Source: Minisyncoccia bacterium (lineage in GTDB: Bacteria; Patescibacteriota; Minisyncoccia; Phycocordibacterales; UBA918). From it: a stretch of DNA of 64,000 bases. Location: the NCBI GenBank assembly GCA_041738755.1, contig JBGSPE010000005.1:143872-207871 (forward strand), in the 5' to 3' direction. Below, in pieces: positions 58,101-64,000 of the stretch. Made by a program: the position numbers and the translations under genes. Under the pieces are notes generated by a model that had not been told where the DNA came from, searched no databases, and saw only the letters and a program-made list of their open reading frames with translations. Position 1 is the stretch's first letter, and every line of letters begins with the position of its first letter.

Positions 58101-58344
58101 TCTATCTGAACTTAAAGATATAAATCATCAGCAGATCGTAATAAGACTTATTAAAAATGGCAACGCGTCTGAAATTGCAAAAAATTATAGTGGGTATGGG
58201 GCATTAAACCTAAATCATCAAGAAATTGCACAGACTCTCATTGAAAATGGTAAAACGAGATATGTTCGATCACTTCTCCCATATTTAGATGGACTATCCG
58301 AAGAAATTTTAGAAAAAGTAAATCTTTCAGAGCAAGAAGACTGA
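55180..58344 (+). CDS. large (1054 aa) cytoplasmic protein with a C-terminal array of about 30-residue alpha-helical repeats
   Basis: From about residue 500 there are at least 14 repeats of the pattern [IV]AxNLxxFxxLDxxxIAxxLIExG (e.g. IAQNLDQFTEVDQHIIYQELLKRN, VAKNLSELKDINHQQIVIRLIKNG). The N-terminal half is unique and carries a GKGTGWCTAGAG motif. Confidence 0.5.
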   Translation: MSGETFLHRKDTNLQKSEPVSKAVEKRDRLNRFAREELLETEPDKDSEEVKTGLEELKKTPNTPEARVGAYLKRLERIFLDQSKLFSGTEHEESKATRNLELLKPYIYEEFTLKEEDLPDRHFELQRQIAREQGRDYPEIISKEQRHEVFEKISQDQKHSLDFWMNYLTGPDALYPTWFKFFAIKSILGLSEFDKKEHKFPKRTKSTTGLFPDLNAEALAYVCEFLEKQIQKIPLENPIPKPDNPHAEEQKPVTDEEFQSIITSENFGKYYAFTLEHMTSQKELWPETRGEWRTFTKGEDAELVKSLQGKGTGWCTAGAGMAENQLSRGEFHVYYSLDKLGQPTIPRLAIRMEDEEIVEVRGVDQNQNTDPYILPVLEEKLPEFGAQGEKYLKTAADTELLTQIDQRITAREELTTQDLRFLYEVDDSISTFRQFGADPRIKELLQDRDWMTDMQTIFNTVSPTEVAQALQAKNKSAFLLRNIEKFTKLPTDIALSFITTGAASAIIRNWDVFEDLNQPEIIDALILNNRSAELIFNLERFDCVPQEEIAHKIIDKGAGRYIAQNLDQFTEVDQHIIYQELLKRNLHSTIADNAEKFDNLDLNKIAYELIENGSIKDVLDNYHNFKNFDDQFVAECAVPGNLSHLAKNLRKFKRIEGEAVLDKLISQNFGDAVAENIEVFVDANKQDVVDRLIEKKQIFGILAKLGSYSDIQLDMDVIGDIYLEQLLSNTIAPIYLKEFPLETQRNYADTLVREGKTKQITDSIKYIDNSLHKEISLNIANKLDEESEQNPRRKLDYLAIFGKYSEFREIETSVAFKILSLDRYKSVVSNLEKYPDLDHQELADRIGPSKMWYALANAKLFGLSQETFELLMTTPADDSEGRGVNFHYLFQCIDSFIITDHLKIAEKLIALDQREQLANNLDKLKDLPFTIANNLLPDYGHKIIKNFDAFLPLDKLKIADRLLEEGYAAAVAKNLSELKDINHQQIVIRLIKNGNASEIAKNYSGYGALNLNHQEIAQTLIENGKTRYVRSLLPYLDGLSEEILEKVNLSEQED

Positions 58345-58403
58345 ACCAGTAATAATTATAGTCGTTAATTTATCACCTCTAAGTTGGTGTTATAATCATA
58401 GAT

Positions 58404-59192
58404 ATGGCTGAATACACGTACAAATACAACCCAGACCGAAAAGCAGAGTGGAACTATGGTGGTGATAAGTGGAAACTGTCGCGCTCGAAAATAGATTTTT
58501 TTATTGAGTGTCCGCGCTGTTTTTATCTTGATAACAAACTTGGTACCAAGCGACCAGGTTTTCCATCATTCAATCTCAACATCGCTGTTGATGAGCTCTT
58601 CAAGAAAGAATTTGATGTACACCGACTAGCTAAAACAGCTCACCCGATTATGGTGAAGTACGGGCTTGATGCTGTACCGTTTGTCCACAAAGAGCTCGAT
58701 AGTTGGCGAGACCCGTTTGTCGGTATTATGCATACTGATGAATCAACTGGGTTGGTCGTGAGTGGGGGAGTTGACGATATATGGGTAAAACCTGACGGGT
58801 CACTGATTATCGTAGACTACAAAGCGACTTCAAAAGAAGGAAGGATTGAATCACTGGGCGATAGTCCGTGGGAAAAGCAATATGCGAGACAACTCGGTGT
58901 ATACCGTTGGCTATTAGAGCAAAACGGTTTTACTGTTAATCCAGTCGGTTATTTGGTCTATGCCAACGCCGACAAAAGCCTCGATGGCTTTGACGACAAA
59001 CTTATCTTTGAAACAACTCTGGTGACCGTTGAAACTGAAGTAGATTGGATACAAGATACCTTAACCAATATTAAAGCTACTCTTGAATCAAAGTCGTTAC
59101 CGGGAATTGGTTCAGCCTGCGAGTTCTGTCCCTACCGTGAAGCGGCTGGTAAGAAACTACAAGCAATCCATCTCGCTAATAAAACGAAGTAG
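58404..59192 (+). CDS. Cas4-like PD-(D/E)xK nuclease (DUF83 family) with a 2+2 Cys Fe-S cluster arrangement
   Basis: N-terminal LSRSKIDFFIECPRCFYLD (the Cas4 'CPRxFYL' motif), nuclease core GGVDDIWVKPDGSLIIVDYKAT (D...DYK), and C-terminal ACEFCPY. Confidence 0.65.
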   Translation: MAEYTYKYNPDRKAEWNYGGDKWKLSRSKIDFFIECPRCFYLDNKLGTKRPGFPSFNLNIAVDELFKKEFDVHRLAKTAHPIMVKYGLDAVPFVHKELDSWRDPFVGIMHTDESTGLVVSGGVDDIWVKPDGSLIIVDYKATSKEGRIESLGDSPWEKQYARQLGVYRWLLEQNGFTVNPVGYLVYANADKSLDGFDDKLIFETTLVTVETEVDWIQDTLTNIKATLESKSLPGIGSACEFCPYREAAGKKLQAIHLANKTK

Positions 59193-59194
59193 GT

Positions 59195-59452
59195 ATGACT
59201 GACTTCACTGAACACGTGAGAACAGTAGTACGTAAAATTCCTCGTGGTTCAGTGATGACGTACAGAGAAGTGGCGAATGCATGCGGGCGGCCTTTGGCCG
59301 CCCGCGCCGTAGCCAACATTATGGCAAAAAACTTCGATCCAACCGTACCCTGTCATCGAGTCATTCGAAGTGATGGTAGTGCAGGAGGGTATAATCGCGG
59401 TGGAGCAGTGGTTAAACAACGTTTGTTAGCCGACGAAGGTGTTGTACTATAA
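59195..59452 (+). CDS. MGMT-family DNA-binding domain protein (O6-alkylguanine-DNA alkyltransferase C-terminal domain only)
   Basis: 85 aa with the PCHRVI active-site motif and a helix-turn-helix (YREVANACGRPLAARAVANIM). No N-terminal domain. Confidence 0.7.
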   Translation: MTDFTEHVRTVVRKIPRGSVMTYREVANACGRPLAARAVANIMAKNFDPTVPCHRVIRSDGSAGGYNRGGAVVKQRLLADEGVVL

Positions 59453-59474
59453 AGATTATCTGTAAGTTTTATGT

Positions 59475-60071
59475 ATGTACTCCTATAAAGTGGAACAAGC
59501 CATTCGAGCCGCGACCATCCTGCATCAAGACCAGCTCCGGAAGGGTTCTGTTCCACTCCCGTATATTTCTCACCTAATCGCGACAACGTTTATTTTGTCT
59601 GACTACACGCAAGACGAAGATACGATTGTTGCCGCTCTCCTTCACGACACCCTGGAAGATACTGACTACACAGCCGAAGAGATGCTTGAAGACTTTGGTG
59701 GCCCTGTCACCGAAATTGTTTTAGCGGTCACTGAACCGAAATCACAAAATGGTGAAAAATTACCATGGATTGAAAAAAAACGACTGTATGCAAAGCAGTT
59801 ACGAAGTGGTCCCGAAGCGGCACTCTTGATTGCAGCAGCCGACAAATCCCATAATTTTCGTACTACGGTAGAAGAGTATCACGATGACCATAAGCGATTT
59901 GTGGAGGACTTTGGACCCCGAGTGACCGAACGACTTGAAGGGTACCAACTGATTGCCAACGTTATCAATAGCCGCCTCAAAAATGCTATAGTACACGAGT
60001 TTAATCATACGTTTACCGAATTTAAGCAATTTCTTACCGATGTCGAAAAAACCCTCAACCGCTTTGAATAA
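59475..60071 (+). CDS. HD-domain protein of the RelA/SpoT hydrolase type (paralog of 4235..4873)
   Basis: HLIATTFIL...AALLHDTLEDT...AAADKSHNF. Same domain organisation as the upstream paralog. Confidence 0.65.
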   Translation: MYSYKVEQAIRAATILHQDQLRKGSVPLPYISHLIATTFILSDYTQDEDTIVAALLHDTLEDTDYTAEEMLEDFGGPVTEIVLAVTEPKSQNGEKLPWIEKKRLYAKQLRSGPEAALLIAAADKSHNFRTTVEEYHDDHKRFVEDFGPRVTERLEGYQLIANVINSRLKNAIVHEFNHTFTEFKQFLTDVEKTLNRFE

Positions 60072-61356
60072 TCCAATTGTTCCTGGCTTCCGTCACACCC
60101 AAACTGCCGCTGATATTCACGAATACGTACTCACCAAAAATGGCCTTCGAGTGCTGTACTATGCTCGGCCGGGCACGAGTGTTATTACCACCAATATTCT
60201 CTATTTTGTTGGTGCTAAAGATGAAATGCCGGGTGAGACTGGGCTCGCGCACATGCTAGAGCATATGCTGTTTAAGCCAACCACATTTGATATTGCTGCT
60301 GGAATCGACAGTGCAGCAATGCAATTTGAACGGGAGACTGGCTGCCTCTTAAATGCCACCACCTGGAAAGAGCGAACGCATTACTATTTTAGTTATCCTG
60401 CGCAAAATTTTGAACGAGCTTTGAGAATCGAAGCTGAACGGATGCAAGGTGTAGTTTTAACAGACGAATCACTCAAGCCTGAGCGCGACAATGTCTTGAG
60501 TGAGCATGACATGAATGATGCCGATCCAATGACAGCCTTAGCAGTCGCCATGGTGAGCGCAGCTTTTTTCAACCACCCCTACGGTCACGAGACCATTGGC
60601 TATCGTGAAGATATTGAGGATTTTACGGCCGCTAAACTAGAGACGTTTTATCGTACGTTCTACCGACCTGATAATGCAGTCCTGATGATTCTAGGGGATA
60701 TTGAATTACAGACAGCTCTCACTAAAATAAAGCGCCATTTCGGTAAACTTACCAATCCGCCGCTGCCACTGGTACGTCGCCACGCTAGAGAACCAAAGCA
60801 AGAAGGTATTCGTACCGTGACGGTTGAACGACCATCAGAGAAAAATATTCTCTCAATTGGCTTCAAGCATGCAGGGTTTCCCAGCCACGATTGGTTTACC
60901 ACCAGTGCACTTCTCGATATTCTGGCCGGTAATACTGAAAGTGTTCTGTATAAAGCCTTGGTAGACACACACAAAGCCACGAGCATAGAAGCATTTATGG
61001 AACCAACTTCGGACGTTAACCTCGGCTTCATTACTATCAATGCAGCACCAGGAGTCTCTCTCAAAGAGCTGGAGAATAAAGCGCTCTCACTACTACGGAC
61101 CCTCTCAATAGAAACCATCACACCGCTCCTAAAAAAAGTTAAAGCCCAGATGCTTACAAGCGATGCGTTTAAACGCGATAGCAGCCTTGGTATGGCTCAG
61201 GAACTTACAGAATACGCTGCCGCTGGCGACTGGACACAATATACAAAAACTCCAAGTGTTCTTGAAAAAATCACCCCCAAGCACGTTCTACAAATGACTT
61301 GGAAAGTATTCGTTCCAAACAATCTCACTATTGGTTATTTCATTGGTAAAAAATAA
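60040..61356 (+). CDS. M16-family (pitrilysin/insulinase) zinc peptidase, active subunit
   Basis: Inverted zinc motif HxxEH in GLAHMLEHMLFK. Overlaps the upstream gene by 32 nt. Confidence 0.8.
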   Translation: MSKKPSTALNNPIVPGFRHTQTAADIHEYVLTKNGLRVLYYARPGTSVITTNILYFVGAKDEMPGETGLAHMLEHMLFKPTTFDIAAGIDSAAMQFERETGCLLNATTWKERTHYYFSYPAQNFERALRIEAERMQGVVLTDESLKPERDNVLSEHDMNDADPMTALAVAMVSAAFFNHPYGHETIGYREDIEDFTAAKLETFYRTFYRPDNAVLMILGDIELQTALTKIKRHFGKLTNPPLPLVRRHAREPKQEGIRTVTVERPSEKNILSIGFKHAGFPSHDWFTTSALLDILAGNTESVLYKALVDTHKATSIEAFMEPTSDVNLGFITINAAPGVSLKELENKALSLLRTLSIETITPLLKKVKAQMLTSDAFKRDSSLGMAQELTEYAAAGDWTQYTKTPSVLEKITPKHVLQMTWKVFVPNNLTIGYFIGKK

Positions 61357-61362
61357 ATCTCT

Positions 61363-62655
61363 ATGCAGTATCACCTTACGGAATCACAGAGCTGTTCAAT
61401 CGCACACATCACCTCCACAGAGGTTAATACGGTGGTTATGTACCTTTCGGTTGATATTCACAGCGCTCTCGCAAAAGAACTGAGCGCAACAGCATTGCTC
61501 TACACTGACGTTATTACTGCCGGAGCCGGTACTTTGAGTCGCGACCAATTCACTGATGCACAAAATCAGCTAGGTGCTGTTATCTCTGTTAGTGTCGCTG
61601 ATAATCTGGTGACATTTACCATTAAGTGCCGCAAAGCTGTTCTAAACAAAACCCTGGCTCTCTTTTCACTTATACTGCATGATCCGACCTTTTCCACCAG
61701 TGAAATTAATCGTGCTAAGCGCACTCTCAGTAATCAATTAGCTGCGAGCAAAGAGGAGGGAAGAGCGATTGCCCAGTATGAGCTTAAAAATCAGTTTTAT
61801 GATGAAACTGATCGACACTACCAAATTGATGAAGACACCCTACAAACTAACCTTAAAACCATTACGGCAGCAAAACTACGAAACCTCCATATTGCTATTA
61901 CGAGACGTCTCTGGACAGTTAGTAGTGCTGGTGATGTGAGCAACAACCGAGCGGTAAAACAAACTATTCACAAACTTAAAGAAACTTTTGGTACTGAAGC
62001 TCACGTAACTCCACATACGTCATTACGAGCCTATGTACCGAAGGTAGTTGAGCGGGTGATTCCCGGCCAACAAAACATTGAGTTTAGTATTGGAGGACCC
62101 CTCTCAACCACCGTTAAGCATGATGACTACGCCGCACTCACCGTTGCTTTGGCAGTCCTCGGTATGTGGGGAGGCTTTACTGGTCGACTCATGAGCACCG
62201 TACGTGAAGCGGAAGGACTTACGTATAGTATTTATGCACGAACCGAAGGATTTTATCGAGAAGAGCAAGGGTGCTGGCGGATTATGACTTTCTTCTCACC
62301 GCAACAGACACAGACCGGGCTACAATCAACCTTTCGTGAAATCACAAAACTTTACAATGAAGGTGTTACCGAGGTAGAGCTGAAAAAATTTAAAACCATC
62401 TTGGGGACCAGACAATCATTACTGAGCGATTCGTTGCTCTCACAACTTCGAGTTCTTCATGGTTACCACCTACAAGGCTACTCTCTTGAAGAAATGGAAG
62501 CAGATAAAAAACGTATTCAATCAGTTACCCTCGAGGCTGTTCAATCAGCTATAAAGACGTATCTTAATCCTCAGCACCTCAGCATCAGTGCGGCTGGCCC
62601 TATCAACAAAACGACAGAACGCGAACTACGCGCTTTCCTTAGTAGTGTGTCATAA
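61363..62655 (+). CDS. M16-family peptidase, non-catalytic partner subunit
   Basis: Peptidase_M16/M16_C fold without HxxEH. Immediately downstream of the active subunit. Confidence 0.65.
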   Translation: MQYHLTESQSCSIAHITSTEVNTVVMYLSVDIHSALAKELSATALLYTDVITAGAGTLSRDQFTDAQNQLGAVISVSVADNLVTFTIKCRKAVLNKTLALFSLILHDPTFSTSEINRAKRTLSNQLAASKEEGRAIAQYELKNQFYDETDRHYQIDEDTLQTNLKTITAAKLRNLHIAITRRLWTVSSAGDVSNNRAVKQTIHKLKETFGTEAHVTPHTSLRAYVPKVVERVIPGQQNIEFSIGGPLSTTVKHDDYAALTVALAVLGMWGGFTGRLMSTVREAEGLTYSIYARTEGFYREEQGCWRIMTFFSPQQTQTGLQSTFREITKLYNEGVTEVELKKFKTILGTRQSLLSDSLLSQLRVLHGYHLQGYSLEEMEADKKRIQSVTLEAVQSAIKTYLNPQHLSISAAGPINKTTERELRAFLSSVS

Positions 62656-62663
62656 TTGCTGAT

Positions 62664-62939
62664 ATGAATCTTTTATTTTGGGGCCTTACTGTTAGTGTAC
62701 TGGGAAAAATTTTGGTAGCGGTAGGTATTTTGCGAGTCCACTATGTAATGGCAATGGAACAAAGAATCGACGAGAAAGTGATTCGGTCCTTTGCCTTTGA
62801 AAAGACGCTGACCTATATCGGAATTTTGCTTGTGATACTCGGATATTTCCTTGAAGTATACTTCTACGGCCTGACGCCACTTCTGACCTGCTCAGCCGAA
62901 GAATGTGCTGACATGGCAGCTGTCATACTTTCACAATAG
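62664..62939 (+). CDS. hypothetical small membrane protein
   Basis: 91 aa with 2 TM helices. Confidence 0.35.
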   Translation: MNLLFWGLTVSVLGKILVAVGILRVHYVMAMEQRIDEKVIRSFAFEKTLTYIGILLVILGYFLEVYFYGLTPLLTCSAEECADMAAVILSQ

Positions 62940-62989
62940 TCATAATTTTTGCTATAGTGAGCCTTCAATAGTAATAATAGCTATATTTT

Positions 62990-64000
62990 ATGAGTGGAAA
63001 TGAAGTCAGACAGCGATATATCGCGTACTTAGAAAAGAACGGACACGCGGTCATTCCGTCTGATTATTTGGTGCCACTCAATGATCCAACCACGCTCTTT
63101 ACCGGTAGTGGTATGCAGCCGCTCATCCCATACCTCATGGGCGAGAGTCACCCAAAGGGTGTTAGATTGGTGAATTCACAAAAATGTTTTCGGGCTGAAG
63201 ATATCGAAGAAGTGGGAGACAACCGACATACCACTTTCTTTGAAATGCTCGGCAACTGGTCACTCGGAGACTATTTCAAAAAGGAACAACTTCGTTTTTT
63301 CTTTACCTTTTTAGTTGACGAAGTTGGACTCGACCCCGAAAAAATCTATATTTCTGTGTTTGCTGGTGATGAATCACTCGGTATTCCAGCCGACGAAGAA
63401 GCGGTCGCCATCTGGCAAGAACTTTTCAAAGAACGAGGCCTTGAAGCCAAAGCCGTACATATTGGAAGTGAGGAGCGGGGCTATGAAGTCGGCATGCAGG
63501 GTGGGCGAATTTTCTATTATGACGCAGGTAAGAACTGGTGGAGTCGTTCTGGTAAACCAGCTAAAATGCCCGCTGGAGAGATTGGTGGCCCTGATAGCGA
63601 AGTCTTTTATGACTTTGGTCCCGAATTTGCTACTGATGAACGCTACAACAAGCTTGCCGCACACCCCAATAGTGACTCAGGCCAGTTTGTAGAGATTGGT
63701 AACTCTGTATTCATTGAATACATTAAACAAGCCGATGGTAGCTTTACAAAACTACCGCAACAAAATGTTGACTTTGGTGGGGGACTAGAGCGTATTGCTG
63801 CTGCAAGCAACAACAACCCTGACGTTTTTAAAGTCGACTTACTGTGGAATGTTGTAAACCAAATCGAATCTCTTTCAGGCAAACAATACGATGACTATTT
63901 GGTTGAGTTTCGAGTGGTGACAGACCACATCAGAGGAGCAGTGTTCTTAATGAGTGACGGCGTCATGCCAGGAAATAGTGACCAAGCATACTTTGTCCGA
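62990..64000 (+). CDS. alaS: alanine--tRNA ligase, N-terminal catalytic domain (3'-truncated at the window end)
   Basis: Open frame from the ATG at 62990 to the window end (337 codons). Class II motifs are present (FTGSGMQPL, RLVNSQKCFRAEDIEEVGDNRHTTFFEMLGNWSLGDYF). This ORF is missing from the supplied track because it has no stop within the window. Confidence 0.9.
   Translation, partial: MSGNEVRQRYIAYLEKNGHAVIPSDYLVPLNDPTTLFTGSGMQPLIPYLMGESHPKGVRLVNSQKCFRAEDIEEVGDNRHTTFFEMLGNWSLGDYFKKEQLRFFFTFLVDEVGLDPEKIYISVFAGDESLGIPADEEAVAIWQELFKERGLEAKAVHIGSEERGYEVGMQGGRIFYYDAGKNWWSRSGKPAKMPAGEIGGPDSEVFYDFGPEFATDERYNKLAAHPNSDSGQFVEIGNSVFIEYIKQADGSFTKLPQQNVDFGGGLERIAAASNNNPDVFKVDLLWNVVNQIESLSGKQYDDYLVEFRVVTDHIRGAVFLMSDGVMPGNSDQAYFVR

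Noticed and set aside
58404-59192. CRISPR-Cas locus, suggested by the Cas4-like protein
   Set aside because: No cas1, cas2, effector genes or repeat array lie within about 30 kb on either side. This is a stand-alone Cas4-family nuclease, as is common in phages and CPR genomes.
60040-60071. 32-bp overlap between the HD gene and the M16 peptidase start. An alternative downstream start was considered
   Set aside because: No in-frame Met lies near enough downstream to restore a non-overlapping start without losing conserved N-terminal peptidase residues. The overlap is accepted with moderate confidence.

Overview
The window is a gene-dense, mostly plus-strand segment of a roughly 42% GC bacterial chromosome. 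Its gene content suggests a Candidate Phyla Radiation (Patescibacteria)-type genome. This call is an inference from many small hypothetical membrane and surface proteins, a short UvrC lacking the HhH tail, an ATP-cone/Mrr-like protein, an ankyrin protein and a sigma-70 region-4-only protein. Recognisable housekeeping genes are tgt, uvrB, uvrA, uvrC, ddl, ychF, leuS, mltG, mnmA, the 5' part of alaS, an FKBP isomerase, a CapA metallophosphatase, two SppA (S49) paralogs, an M16 peptidase pair, two RelA/SpoT-type HD-domain paralogs, an RND efflux pump with its adaptor, and a two-component cluster. Two tRNA-Ala genes are present, anticodons TGC (minus strand) and GGC (plus strand). The accessory content most worth a second look is: (1) a compact, AT-rich five-gene defence island at 34815-39535 (Dam-family MTase, DUF262/DUF1524 GmrSD-like nuclease, PD-(D/E)xK restriction endonuclease, beta-class MTase, T5orf172/GIY-YIG-like protein); (2) a cluster at 53665-60071 holding an ATP-cone/restriction-endonuclease-like protein, a 1054-aa protein with a novel roughly 30-residue tandem repeat, a Cas4-like 4-Cys nuclease, a minimal MGMT-like protein and an HD hydrolase; (3) a roughly 800-bp GC-rich (about 60%) islet encoding two small Arg-rich secreted proteins; (4) a 24-nt duplication of the tRNA-Ala(TGC) 3' end 126 bp away, and a permuted repeat structure downstream of tRNA-Ala(GGC); (5) a ring-cleaving dioxygenase (VOC) gene broken by a 13-bp tandem duplication; (6) an unknown gene inserted into a uvrA-X-uvrC operon; (7) a pseudo-REC/REC response regulator, Lys-rich surface protein and histidine kinase cluster. 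No CRISPR array and no rRNA were found. All calls rest on reading the sequence and the supplied ORF translations by eye; no database searches were run.
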